Part shown: piece by piece, positions 25,152-38,030 of the stretch | Numbering within the stretch: position 1 is the stretch's first letter | Layout of the letters: every line of letters starts with the position of its first letter | Source: Anthoceros angustus | Taxonomy: Eukaryota; Plantae; Anthocerotophyta | NCBI GenBank assembly: GCA_010909165.1 | Contig: VJWM01000063.1 | Coordinates: 248,001-312,000, forward strand | Length of the DNA stretch: 64,000 nt | Reading direction: 5' to 3' | The notes under the pieces: model-generated | Told to the model about the DNA's origin: nothing | Databases searched by the model: none | Seen by the model: the letters and a program-made list of their open reading frames with translations, nothing else | Position numbers and translations under genes: made by a program

Positions 25152-28100
25152 GTGGTGGGGAGTGGAGAGAATGAATAGTGTATTAGGAACGGGCAGAGGG
25201 AGGCGCCACGGCCGAAACGGTCGAGGCCGTTAGGGGGCCGTTTTGGGCCGCGAGTCGTCCACGCGGGAGGCGGCCGGTGGGGCGAGGCCAGCGTTCACTC
25301 GGCTGGGCCGGGCGTTGGCCTCATATAAGGGTTGCTGCCCACCTTATAACTCTTTTTCTCTCTCTTCCATGTAATTGATAAGGTAACACAAGTTTTGATT
25401 TTAGCTTCCGCTTGGTAAAAGTCCCAATTTTGACCTTTTAACTATTTTTTGGACGTTGCTGTCGATTCAAAGGACATATTCTATTGGGGTTGACGGGGTA
25501 AGATCCGGTGGTGCATAGTCTTCTTGTAATGCTTTTCATTTGCTCGTTGTACGGTCTAGATAAAAAGTTTATCATCTCAAAGATTTCGTCCAGACGTGAA
25601 TATTTCTACAAGCAATTTTATTTGTTAGTAATAGAGTTTTAAAAATCCCAAACAAGCAATTTAATATACTAACCTCAAACAGTGCAAACAACTCGTTTTG
25701 TTTCTTCGATAACTACAAACGAAGGTAGAACAGGTCAGTAAGTTACCTCCATTTCAAGTCGAAGGGCGTCCTGCTCGGTAAATACCTTTCTGACTAACGT
25801 CATGCAGGTGCTGTGAAGATTCCCCACACTACGAAAGTGTGACTTTATGTTCTGGATAATGCGCAGATGTTAGAAATATGCAATTGAAGAATATAACTTA
25901 AGAATATAACTTGTAAATTTAAGAAATTACCTTTTGAATGTTTTTTGTTGTCTCTGGATCCTCCATAAGTGCCAACAGGTCTGTAGTTTTGAGCTCTTTA
26001 TTTTGAATGGCTTCAGATATCTCTACAAGTCACAACATGGGAAATTTAGGCATAAATAAACATTATAAAAAACAAAAATGCAAAGGTACTTACTTTTGAA
26101 TCTCTATATACCTAAAGGTTGGTGTAGTCCCATCTGCGTTGAGGATTGGCTGCACTGGTCTTTGAGGCTATGCTCCCATATGGGAGCATATTTGTTTTGA
26201 ACTCTTGAAAAACTGGATACCGGTAGTTATTCATCCATTTTCCAAATTCAGTGAATTCTTTAGAAGGGCCATAAGTTGGAGCATTGTCTTGAGTCCTCTA
26301 TTTTCCTCTTTTTTTCCTGTAAAAATGGAGAATTTTGTTAAACAGAGGATATTGCATTTTGTTAAATACAGGATATAAGACTTGAGTCATAATTTTGACC
26401 AATCTGATGTGAGATGTCCGTTTTGTTGATTTTGTCATCGATGTCGTGTATTTTGTCTTTGATTTCTTTAGCAGCAGCCGCTTGTTCTGCAGCACTCTGT
26501 AAACACATAGTTAACAAATTGGCAGTGAAATACTACATGATGTAAATGCATTTATTTATTTACCTCTAGTATTGATTGAATGGAGATTTGATGCCCGTTA
26601 AATCTTCTGACTAGAGTCATTCTCTCCAACTCTAACTGTGCTGTTGTTCGTAAGTTCTTTTTAATATCCTGTACATGTTAACTTTTATAAGTCAGACTTC
26701 ATATCCATGCTGGACAAAATTTTATAAGGCCGGTAGAAAGTGCGTACCTTTTTGATCTTGTCCAATTGAGCAGGCATCTGGGTAAGGAGCTGTAAGTCTT
26801 CTTGTTTGTGGTTGTGTTCTTGTTTCTGATGGTTGTGTGCTTTTTTCTGATATCTTGTGGATTCCACAGGTATGATCGGTCAAGGCAAGCAAAGCAGGCA
26901 GCAGCAGCAAGGGTTTTGGTGCCTGGAGAACGAAGATCTTACAAAGAGTTGCTGACTGAGGAACTCAACCGTATGCAAGATGATTTGCGTGGTGTGCTTC
27001 CATCAACTGTTGTTACTGTGACTCCGGAAGTTGTATTTGCGAGCCAGCCTGAAGATGTAAGTGTGTAAGTGTAAGTGGGTTTGAGGATAAGTTCTTTGTC
27101 CTAAAAAAGTTTTGACATCTTGTGCACTGTGTAGGCCTGCGGTGAATTTCCCTTGCAAGCTCAAAGCGATCAGAATGTAAGTCAGGAATTTGTGGAATTT
27201 GTGGTCTGCAAAATCTCTGTTATGCTTTAGTGTGTTTTGACTGCTTCATTCTCAGGATATGGCTCTTTCCACACCTGTAATTCATCATGAAAATGGATTG
27301 CAAATCAATGTCAGCAACATCTCAGATATTGTTGGAAGTGTTATTGTGCGTCCTGATTTACAGGTTTGTACTCCTTGCTTGTTTTACCTGTAGGCGTTCT
27401 TTTATAATGTGGTTTAACTCCTTATGCTTTTACAGGTAAACAATGCAGTTTGTCAAAGCGCTCAGGAAAGGCAAATCAATAACAGCAGACCAATGACTGG
27501 GACTATTCAAATTGAAAGTGATGGCAGGGTAAAGTTCCTGACTGTAGAGTTTGTGACTATTAATTCATTTGGAGTTGTCTGATTATGTGCTTTTGGCAGA
27601 TGTCAAATTTGTCTACCAAAGACGCAATCTCAGCTACAAGTTTGAGCAGTTTCAGTGTTCCAGACTTCAACATTGATGGAGTGGTCTCCGAGTTGCGGCC
27701 TATTGTGCCTGCAAGTGATAAAGCGTCTGAAGTGCAACAAGATAGGAATTTGGCCATATTACCTGTGGACGTGGTTTTGCAGAATGGGACTGGGAATTCC
27801 AGCAGTTTTGAGCAGCGTTTGGCTGATATCTCCCGAGAACGGGACTTGGAATTTGATAGACAGAAAGCGGATCGAGAGTTTCAACGGCGGAAAGATTTGG
27901 AGGCATTAATTGAGAGTCAGAGGCGGAAAGCCGTGGAACTCCGAGTATCAAAGCAGAGGGAGAAAGCTCTTGAAATTCAAAGGCGAAGAAATGCGGAAGG
28001 AAGACAACAACAGCAAGAAAAACTGAAACAGCAGCAGAAAGAGGAGCAAGAGAGGCGGAGAATGCAGTGGGAGAGACATCAGATTCAGAATGATCCTGGG

Positions 28101-28989
28101 CCTCGAGAAATGCCCAGATCCAATCATGAAAATCCCCCAGGAACTGTAAGTGTTGTTACACGCCCTCAATTAATTGTATTTGAGTGAAAATTAATGTTTG
28201 TGATTGGGCAGGTTGTTTTACAGGAGAATGATGAATTTTTTCGAAGTCCTGAACTACAGCAAGTTCTAGCCAGCTATGATAATGTTGGGCAAGCTGTGCC
28301 TATAAAACCATCTGGACGTGAAAATTACATTTTTAACTTGTACAATTGTACAGTGAATTTTCCAAAATAAGGTTAGTATGATTGCTGAAGTAACTTTGGT
28401 TATTGCTTTACATGTTGTTTTGCTATTACACACCTAATTTACAGTTTTATGTAGGTCTTATTGTGGCAGTAACGGGGATCAATCTATCCGGGTATTTACT
28501 CTATATTGTTTTAATTTGTCTTTCATGCTATTCTGGATATACAGGAAACTCAACAAAGAAAAGGTTTCTTTGTTGGTTTTTTGTATATCCACGGATCATA
28601 TGAATATGGTATTCTTGAAAATGTTTTACTTCCAGATTTAGCGATTTGGTGGGATTCTAGGATGAGCTTTCATCTAGATGTACCTGGTATTCACTTGGAG
28701 TTAATTTTTTTCCACCCTGCTGCCATGGTTTCAACAATTATGGTGGATGCCTTTTTTCCACCCTGCTGCCATGGTTTCAACAGTTATGGTGGATGCATTT
28801 CACCCGACATGCCATGTTTTCTACTCTGTTGTAATGGATTTTACTATATTGAGTAAATAAAATGACCAAATGGTCAATTCTCTCTCTAAAAATCTACCCT
28901 CTAGCCCCCGAAAAAAAATCGAGCTAGCGCGTCGAGGCCCCAGACGAGGCCGCGACTTTACGTGGTGGGGAGTGGAGAGAATGAATAGT
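25152..28989. mobile_element. AT-rich element bounded by 28-bp direct repeats; possible Crypton-like (tyrosine recombinase) transposon derivative
   Basis: GTGGTGGGGAGTGGAGAGAATGAATAGT at 25152-25179 and 28962-28989, with an extra 19-bp copy at 25133-25151. GC-rich subtermini, AT-rich interior with spliced exons. Confidence 0.5.
26870..28370 (+). CDS. Multi-exon unknown protein 3' part (YDRS...coiled coil...NCTVNF C-terminus)
   Basis: Short GT-AG introns (donors ~27057, 27177, 27364, 28146; acceptors ~26869, 27134, 27255, 27435, 27599, 28211). Q/E/R coiled coil at 27820-28080; ends ENYIFNLYNCTVNFPK*. Confidence 0.45.
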
Positions 28990-29169
28990 CTGCCCCACCA
29001 CTTGAAGCCAGCGGCATTAAATTCTGAACGAACTTTAGTGATGTGGTAAAAGATACTAAGATTCATATAATTCTTTATAGAGGGGAGGAGATGATAGGGA
29101 GAGTACCATCTATACCGAAAAAAAGAGGTCAACCCAACAAAGGGCATCAGGCCAAGGGGGATTAACTCC

Positions 29170-30150
29170 CGTGATCGCTTTTCTCAAAACTACCTACCGT
29201 CCTCAGAATCTCGTAAAGGATAAGAAAGGGCCTACCTATCACCGCCGCTGAAGAAGCCGCCTCCCCTACACTAATCGCTGTCCTGTACAATGCCCTCTGC
29301 AAAGCGATGGACACCCTTTGCCTGAAGAAAGATGGTAGTACAAGAAAGTTGGAGACCAACCCCATTTCTACAATGGTGGTAAGGCTTAGCACAGGCCTTG
29401 AGGAACTTCGAGAAGTCTCGACCCATGGCCCCGTGAGTCTCGATGGCAAGGGGATAAAAGTGTGGCCGTTCTGCATAGGAGAGTACTTGTGGACCTTGGT
29501 TGTCGTGCAGCCTTCCGCCTCCCAACCCGGGGGTTGAGGATAACGTGCTCATAGACACTGTCCTGGGTGGGGTCCATTACACCCACATCAGCGACAAAAA
29601 CCTGGTCCCCGCTGGTCAAGAAAAGGTCGGACTTGAAAGACACACCATTGAGCAAGATGTACTAGGGATGCTCCCCATAGGAAAAAAATCCGCCCTCCTT
29701 GGCCACCGAGAACATGAAGTCCCGGATGGTGTCATGCGAAGCAATGCGCTACCCGCCAGCGGAACAGTGGGCCAGATGAGTCCCAGATCATTGAAGGAAG
29801 CCCCACAGCTGCAAGCAGAGAGAGATAGGCCAAAGGTTGGACCAGACCCAGGCGAAAATGCATTGCGATAGAGAAGGTTGATGGTGCGATGCGGAACGCC
29901 TGGATACCGGGACGAGCAAGAAGCCAGGAACCTGCTCCCTCTCCCGAGCGAGAGCGAAGCCGAGCATGGGTGGGCCTAAGAATGGAGGAATCCCGAAGTA
30001 GGCCCGACCCGAAGCCCTCGCATCCCAACCGGGAGGGAGGAGAAAAGAGGCATGGCGGCCCTAGACTCAGAGGATAGAAATTTCCTGGCCGCCCATAAGG
30101 ATGCCTACGGGGAAATACCCCCTCCTCAACCCTCGAGACCAACGCCTACA
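29170..30150 (-). mobile_element. CRE-clade-like non-LTR retrotransposon 3' fragment with restriction-like endonuclease
   Basis: GAGSWLLARP..AMHFRLG, HDTIRD, SDLFL..VADVGVMDP, FYPLAIETHGAMG, FFRQRVSIALQRA; frameshifted. Confidence 0.75.
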
Positions 30151-30339
30151 AAATGCGCGAGTCCCGAATTAAGAATTGGGAGGCCAAGATGGGAACAGAG
30201 AGTACATAATACATTGAAAAATAATATATTCAAGTAGTTAAATAATACATAGATAGGTTGTTTAAGTACTTGAATGATTGACAAGAACATTCTTAATATA
30301 CAATTTATAAGAACACAAGAACACAACGTACACAACCAA

Positions 30340-30524
30340 CGAATCGAAGCACATTCTTAACATACAATTACGAATCGAAGCACATTCTTAACATACAATT
30401 ACGAATCGAAGCACATTCTTAACATACAATTACGAATGGAAGCACATTCTTAACATACAATTACGAATCGAAGCACATTCTTAACATACAATTACGAATC
30501 GAAGCACATTCTTAACATACAATT
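30340..30524. repeat. 31-bp minisatellite x6 (second copy of array at ~32826-33010)
   Basis: cgaatcgaagcacattcttaacatacaatta repeated head-to-tail without spacers. Confidence 0.9.
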
Positions 30525-31919
30525 TATAAGAACACAAGAACACAACGTACACAACCAACGAATCGAAGAAACCAACGGAAGACACAACCTCATGGTACGT
30601 TTGATGGGCAGGGTCTGAGAATTTTTCTCCCTTCCAGCATCAATTGCCTCCGCTTACTAGGAGTCTGTCTACCTATCTTCTACTATCTTCGGTAGGGGAA
30701 AGGTGCAAGCAGGATTCTACATCTGGTTACGGCGAGCCCAAAATGTTCGGCCTCGGCCTTACCTGGTGTAGGGGCTTTCTCTTCACTTCGCCTTCTGCGC
30801 TCGATCGCGTCTCAAAACATCAAAAGGTTGGAGCTACAGGTATAACGATGAAGAGGCGTCCCCCGGTTCGATGGTTTTTTCATTCAGAACCCAATCTTGA
30901 CGCCCAGCCGCATCCTTTAGTACTCTGAGATTCGTTTCTCTAACTTTCATGCAGCTTCCAACGAAACCAGAGCACGACCTCTTCCCGTCATTCCAAACCC
31001 ATTCACCTACACAACGATTACAGGAGTTTGGATGCCAAGGAGAGGAGAGAATTGGCGCGGCTAGTAAGAAAGGAAGGGCGAGCTCGGGCCAAGGCTGACG
31101 AGGCTAGCATGGGAAGCCTGAGGGGAGGAAGACAAAGAGAAGCCAGGGAAGAGGCAGTGCATGAGGGCCACAGGAGAAGTCTCTGCTCATGTGGCTGTCA
31201 TGCAATACCGCACCCTGGATGCTGCAAGCGTCCCCGACCCCTCGCCAGCACCGCTGCCGGCCACTCCTGCCTTTTGCCGTGCCATGCCATGCCTTTGCCT
31301 TTGCCTAGCAATCCCTGACCTTGCCTTGTGTGACACACCATACAAGATTTATGGAAGTGGTGGAGCTCCATTTGAGTCCTGGGAGCTACTACTCGCTGTA
31401 CTGCTGGAGTACCACCGATCGTGTACTGCACCGAACTCAGCACCATTTCCGGCCCCGTTGCTCCGTTTCCGGCCTCGAGGCAAGTACACGCCCTAGCGTT
31501 GTACTACACGTTTACGATCAGTTTGCTGCTGCTGCGGCTGTGTACGACAATGGCATCTCTTGCTCCCATGCTTCCCTTCGCCAAGGAAACGTCGGCCATG
31601 CATGTTACTTACACCAGGTCTGTAGAGGTGACATGTACTCGCTTTGGCAACTCAGCCACATATGTGAAAGAAAGTTTGTGGTAAAAGATACTAAGATTCA
31701 TATAATTCTTTATAGAGGGAGGAGATGATAGGGAGAGTACCATCTATACCGAAAAAGAGGTCAACCCAACAAAGGCATCGGGCCAAGGGGATTAACTCAT
31801 TATCGCTTTCTCAAAACTACCTACCGTCCTCGGAATCTCGTAAAGGATAAGAAAAGGGCCTACCTATCACCGCTTGTTGAAAAGCCGCCTCCCTACACTA
31901 ATGTCTGTACAGCCTCTAG

Positions 31920-32421
31920 CGATGGACATGAGCTCTCCTTGCCCTGCAAGGTGCATTGTCATGAGAAGTTCGGTCACAAGAAGGAAGATGAATGAACCAG
32001 TGTGCTTGGTTGGTGCAGCCCACTTGCCTCTTTCGGATGATCCGGAAACGCTTCAGATGTGAGTTGAGAATGTCCTGAGTGGCAAGCCCGTCTACTGGTC
32101 CATCCAAGTCCACATCCTGCTCACTGAGCATTTCATCATCCAACATCACGTGCTTCTCGGCTGCCTCGGCTTCATTTCCATCTGCCTCTGCTCCTGACAG
32201 AGGCCTCGGAAGATGAGGTATCGTGCAATCCCAGAATCCTGGCTGTTGATCCCGATACCACAAACGAGCGTTACAAGAGGAGCTGCAATCAAGGAATCCG
32301 ACCATGCGTGTCACGGAGAAGGTGAAGCAAGAACCTGGTCTTTCCTCGGCATATCATTGCGCACCCATCGCCGGGCGAGCGCATATATGGAGCTTGGATC
32401 GGTTTCTGAGACCAGTCTTAC
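31920..32421 (-). CDS. LIN37: LIN37 (DREAM/MuvB subunit) middle exons 32421-32335, 32242-32028 and start of last exon at 31943
   Basis: VRLVSETDPSSIYALARRWVRND, LPRPL, LATQDILNSHLKRFRIIRKR match plant LIN37 motifs (SLYALCRSW.RN; LPKPL; LL..HI.R.KR.R). Confidence 0.75.
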
Positions 32422-34139
32422 CTGTCCAGCAATGAAGCACAGTGTGAGAATGCAGTGAGCCAAAAGCAAGGTGTTTGTGTAAGAATGGAGGAATCCAGGC
32501 GTAGGCCGAGCCCTCGCATCCCAACCGAGGAGGAGAGAAAGAGGCATGGCATGGCCCTAGACTCGGAGGATAGAAATTTCCGCCGCCCATAAGGATGCTA
32601 CGAGATGCCCTCCTCAACCTCGAGACCAACGCCTACAAAATGCTGAGTCCCGAATTAAGAATTGGGAGGCCAAGATGGGAACAGAGAGTACATAATACAT
32701 TGAAAAATAATATATTCAAGTAGTTAAATAATACATAGATAGGTTGTTTAAGTACTTGAATGATTGACAAGAACATTCTTAATATACAATTTATAAGAAC
32801 ACAAGAACACAACGTACACAACCAACGAATCGAAGCACATTCTTAACATACAATTACGAATCGAAGCACATTCTTAACATACAATTACGAATCGAAGCAC
32901 ATTCTTAACATACAATTACGAATGGAAGCACATTCTTAACATACAATTACGAATCGAAGCACATTCTTAACATACAATTACGAATCGAAGCACATTCTTA
33001 ACATACAATTTATAAGAACACAAGAACACAACGTACACAACGAATCGAAGAAACCAACGGAAGACACAACCTCATGGTACGTTTGATGGGCAGGGTCTGA
33101 GAATTTTTCTCCTTCCAGCATCAATTGCCTCCGCTTACTAGGAGTCTGTCTACCTATCTTCTACTATCTTCGGTAGAAGGTGCAAGCAGGATTCTACATC
33201 TGGTTACGGCGAGCCCAAAATGTTCGGCCTCACCTTACCTGGTGTAGGGCTTTCTCTTCACTTCGCCTTCTGCGCTCGATCGCGTCTCAAAACATCAAAA
33301 GGTTGGAGCTACAGGTATAACGATGAAGAGGCGTCCCCGGTTCGATGGTTTTTCATTCAGAACCCAATCTTGACGCCCAGCCGCATCCTTTAGTACTCTG
33401 AGATTCGTTTCTCTAACTTTCATGCAGCTTCCAACGAAACCAGAGCACGACCTCTTCCCGTCATTCCAAACCCATTCACCTACACAACGATTACAGGGTT
33501 TGGATGCCAAGGAGAGGAGAGAATTGGCGCTAGTAAGAAAGGAAGGGCGAGCTCAGGCCCCTGACGAGGCTAGCATGGGAAGCCTGAGGGAGGAAGACAA
33601 GAAGCCAGGAAGAGGCAGTGCATGAGGGCCACAGGAGAAGTCTCTGCTCATGTGGCTGTCATGCAATACTGCACCCTGGATGCTGCAAGCGTCCCCGACC
33701 CCTCACGCTGCCGGCCACTCCTGCCTTTGCCGTGCCATGCCATGCCTTTGCCTTTGCCTAGCAATCCCTGACCTTGCCTTGTGTGACACACCATACAAGA
33801 TTTATGGAAGTGGTGGAGCTCCATTTGAGTCCTGGGAGCTACTACTCGCTGTACTGCTGGAGTACCACCGATCGTGTACTGCACCGAACTCAGCACCATT
33901 TCCGGCCCCGTTGCTCCGTTTCCGGCCTCGAGGCAAGTACACGCCCTAGCGTTGTACTACACGTTTACGATCAGTTTGCTGCTGCTGCGGCTGTGTACGA
34001 CAATGGCATCTCTTGCTCCCATGCTTCCCTTCGCCAAGGAAACGTCGGCCATGCATGTTACTTACACCAGGTCTGTAGAGGTGACATGTACTCGCTTTGG
34101 CAACTCAGCCACATATGTGAAAGAAAGTTTGTGGTAAAA

Positions 34140-37100
34140 TCTAGTGTGTAGCATGGATGACATGGTAGGATTGTAGGAGGGGCATGACTTCCCACAGAAA
34201 CCTTCTGCACCCACTTGCTTGACGGTCATGGGAGATGTCGGGTGGGCGGTTCCGGGATTGGTGGAATTAGGTATGCAAGTCTATGCCTGTATCTGTCAAT
34301 CCGATGGACATGAGCTCTCCTTGCCCTTGGCCTGGGACTTGTGGCTTGGATGGAGGAGGAGGCTGAGCCTGTGGGGTTGACACCCTCTGGACGATGATAT
34401 GGCCAGGCTTCAGAGGCTGCTTTGCCAAACCCACAACGATGCCAGACCGGAAGGACTTGCTTGCCGGAGACGAGGACGTTTCTGGCTGCTGCTGCTGCTG
34501 GGTCTGGGCTTGGTCCTCACAGGCGGCTGCCATGGATGCCTTTACTGGCTTTCCTGGCCTTCCTTTAGGAGAAGGAGCAGCACAACCATCAAAATGAATT
34601 CAAATTCGAGTTGCAAGTCACTTCGGGAAGCGCAGTTTGTGATAGGTCGTATCGATGGACGGAGGGTGTTTCGATCGCTTATTTTCTTTCCATGGAAGGA
34701 AACGTGTGGTTAATCGTTTGGAACGTACGTAGCCTGATGAATTGGTTCGTTGCGTGATCAGCGATGGCCATCTCCAGCATTGCAAGTGAGCCATGCAAAG
34801 GACTGCAGGATCAGCTATGGGGACGGTCTTCCTGGACCCATCAAAGGGGTTTTATGGGAAGAGCTCCACCTTTGCCCTGCCTCGAATTGAGTGAGCAGTT
34901 GATTTGAAAGGACGACACCGAGTCAGCAGAACAGCCAAGGAGAGAGGCAAGGAGCTCCACCTTTGCCCTGCCTCGAATTGAGTGGATGTGGAGGAGGCTG
35001 AGCCTGTGGGTTGACACCCTCTGGACGATGATATGGCCAGGCTTCAGAGGCTGCTTTGCCAAACCCACAACGATGCCAGACCGGAAGGACTTGCTTGACG
35101 GTCATGGGAGATGTCGGGTGGGCGGTTCCGGGATTGGTGGAATTAGGTATGCAAGTCTATGCCTGTATCTGTCAATCCGATGGACATGAGCTCTCCTTGC
35201 CCTGCCTCGAATTGAGTGGATGTGGAGGAGGCTGAGCCTGTGGGTTGACACCCTCTGGACGATGATATGGCCAGGCTTCAGAGGCTGCTTTGCCAAACCC
35301 ATTCACCTACACAACGATGCCAGACCGGAAGGACTTGCTTGACGGTCATGGGAGATGTCGGGTGGGCGGTTCCGGGATTGGTGGAATTAGGTATGCAAGT
35401 CTATGCCTGTATCTGTCAATCCGATGGACATGAGCTCTCCTTGCCCTTGGCCTGGGACTTGTGGCTTGGATGGAGGAGGCTGAGCCTGTGGGTTGACACC
35501 CTCTGGACGATGATATGGCCAGGCTTCAGAGGCTGCTTTGCCAAACCCATGAACACAACAATTCACAAAACACACAAATGCACAGGCCGAGCCGAGACTG
35601 TAGCATGGATGACATGGTAGGATTGTAGGAGGGCATGACTTCCCACAGAAACCTTCTGCACCCACTTGCTTGCCGGAGACGAGGACGTTTCTGGCTGCTG
35701 CTGCTGCATGCTGATGTGCTGGCCAGTGGGTTGAGCCTGATTTGTTTGTCTGTAATTGCTTGGTGGACATGTATGCCAAGTGTGGCAGCCTGGAAGAGGC
35801 TCAAAGAGTGTTTGATGGACTTGGTCAGAAGGACGTGGTAACATGGACTGCCATGATAGCAGGATATTCCCAGCAGGGCAGGGACAGGAAGCCCTTCAGG
35901 CCTGTGCAGCCCTTCAGGCCTGTGCAAGGAGCAGACTTGGAATCTGGGCAGCAGGTTCATGCTGATGTGCTGGCCAGTGGGTTGAGCCTGATTTGTTTGT
36001 CTGTAATTGCTTGGTGGACATGTATGCCAAGTGTGGCAGCCTGTGCAAGGAGCAGACTTGGAATCTGGGCAGCAGGTTCATGCTGATGTGCTGGCCAGTG
36101 GGTTGAGCCTGATTTGTTTGTCTGTAATTGCTTGGTGGACATGTATGCCAAGTGTGGCAGCTTGAAGGAAGCCCAGGAAGTGTTTGATGGGCTTGGTCAA
36201 AAGGATGTGGTAACATGGACTGCCATGATAGCAGGTATTCTCGCAGGGCATGGGCAGAAGCCCTTCAGGCCTGTGCAGCCCTTCAGGCCTGTGCAAGGAG
36301 GCCATACAACTGTATCATCGTATGCGCAGGTCAAATGTGAAGCCAGATGGGCATGTGTTTGTGGCAGCCTGTGCAAGGAGCAGCACAACCATCAAAATGA
36401 ATTCAAATTCGAGTTGCAAGGAGCAGACTTGGAATCTGGGCAGCAGGAGAGGTGCCGTGTTGCCAACAGTTTGGTGAACATGTATGCCAAGTGTGGCAGC
36501 CTGGAAGAGGCTCAAAGAGTGTTTGACACTTGGTCACAAAGATGTGGTGACGTGGAATACCATGATAGCAGGATATTCCCAGCAGGGCATGGGCCAGGAA
36601 GCCCTTCAGGCCTGTGCAACCATATTCTGCGGATGTATGCTTCTCATGGCAGGCTGAAAGACGCGATGGATGTGTTCACCGTGGTTGCCGAGCCTGATTT
36701 GTTTGTCTGTAATTGCTTGGTGGACATGTATGCCAAGTGTGGCAGCCTGTGCAACCATATTCTGCGGATGTATGCTTCTCATGGCAGGCTGAAAGACGCG
36801 ATGGATGTGTTCACCGTGGTTGCCGAGCCTGATTTGTTTGTCTGTAATTGCTTGGTGGACATGTATGCCAAGTGTGGCAGCTTGGAGGACGCCAGGAGAA
36901 CTTTTGATGGACTCGGTCAGAAAGATGTGGTGACGTGGAATGCCATGATAGCACGGTATTCCCAGCAGGGCAGGGGGCAGGAAGCCCTTTCTCTCTTCAG
37001 TACTATGCAACAAGAAGGAGTTGCCGTGCCTGATTCTGTGACATTTTTGTGCCTCCTGCAAGCATGTGCAAGTATGGGAACCCCAGCCCTCGAAAAGGGG

Positions 37101-38030
37101 AAGCAGCTTCATGCACAAATTAAAGAACAAGGACATCAAGCTGATGTGTTTGTGGCCAATAGTTTGGTGAATATGTATGCAAAGTGTGGCAGCTTGGAAG
37201 AGGCTCAAAGAGTGTTTGATGGACTTGGTCAAAAGATGTGGTGACGTGGAATGCCATGATAGCAGGTATTCCCAGCAGCAGGGCAGGCAGGAAGCCCTTC
37301 TCTCTTCAGTACTATGCAAGAAGGCATTGCCGTGCCTGATTCTGTGACATTTGTGTGCCTCCTGCAGGCATGTGCAAGTATGGGAACCCCAGCTTGGAAA
37401 AGCAGCTTCATGCACAAATTAAAGAACAAGGACATCAAGCTGATGTGTTTGTGGCCAGCAGTTTGGTGAACATGTATGCAAAGTGTGGCAGCCTGGAAGA
37501 GGCTCAAAGAGTGTTTGATGGACTTGGTCAAAAGATGTGGTGACGTGGAATGCCATGATAGCAGGGTATTCCCAGCAGGGAAAGGGCCAGGAAGCCCTTC
37601 AGCTGTACAGAGCTATGCAAGAAGAAGGCATGGCTGTACCCAATTCTGTGACATTTGTGTGCCTCCTGCAGGCATGTGCAAGTGTGGGGCCCATAGCTTT
37701 AGAGGAAGGGAAGCAGCTTCATAGGCAAATTAGAGAACAAGGACATGAAGCTGATGTGTTTGTAGCCAGCAGTTTGGTGAACATGTATGCAAAGTGTGGC
37801 AGCCTGGAAGAGGCTCAAAGAGTGTTTGATGGACTTGGTCAAAAGATGTGGTGACATGGACTGCTCTGATTGCAGGATATTCCCAGCAGGGAATGGGGCA
37901 GGAAGCCCTTCAGCTGTACAGAGCTATGCAAGAAGAAGGCATGGCTGTACCCAATTCTGTGACATTTTGTGCACCTGCAGGCATGTGCAAGTGTGGGGCC
38001 CATAGCTTTAGAGGAAGGGAAGCAGCTTCA
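34140..38030. other. Scrambled mosaic of LIN37 and PPR 5' fragments
   Basis: Dozens of 30-400 bp pieces of the neighbouring genes joined at short shared words. For example the 34573-34617 segment is embedded at ~36376-36420 via AAGGAGCAG/TGCAAG. Confidence 0.8.
34225..34533 (-). CDS. LIN37: LIN37 fragments: N-terminal Q/P-rich exon fused directly to the final exon (further copies at 35102-35530)
   Basis: ARRAHVHRIDRYRHRLAYLIPP matches the LIN37 C-terminal RI.RYK.RLALL motif and continues the exon truncated at 31920. Confidence 0.6.

Larger units (their letters stand above)
29990..34137. repeat. Duplicated block (~29990-31680 and ~32480-34137)
   Basis: Identical ORF translations in both copies (e.g. 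MYCTELSTISGPVAPF...). The second copy has homopolymer deletions. Confidence 0.85.

Noticed and set aside
30340-30524. CRISPR-like 31-bp repeat array
   Set aside because: Units are head-to-tail with no unique spacers, no cas genes, eukaryotic context.
31030-31420. Possible RMC1/Mic1-like gene fragment (LLAVLLEYHRS)
   Set aside because: Single short motif resemblance and no supporting exons; not enough to call.
36114-37244. Separate 376-aa PPR gene
   Set aside because: Built from exact pieces of the 38030 gene and LIN37 upstream DNA; part of the mosaic.
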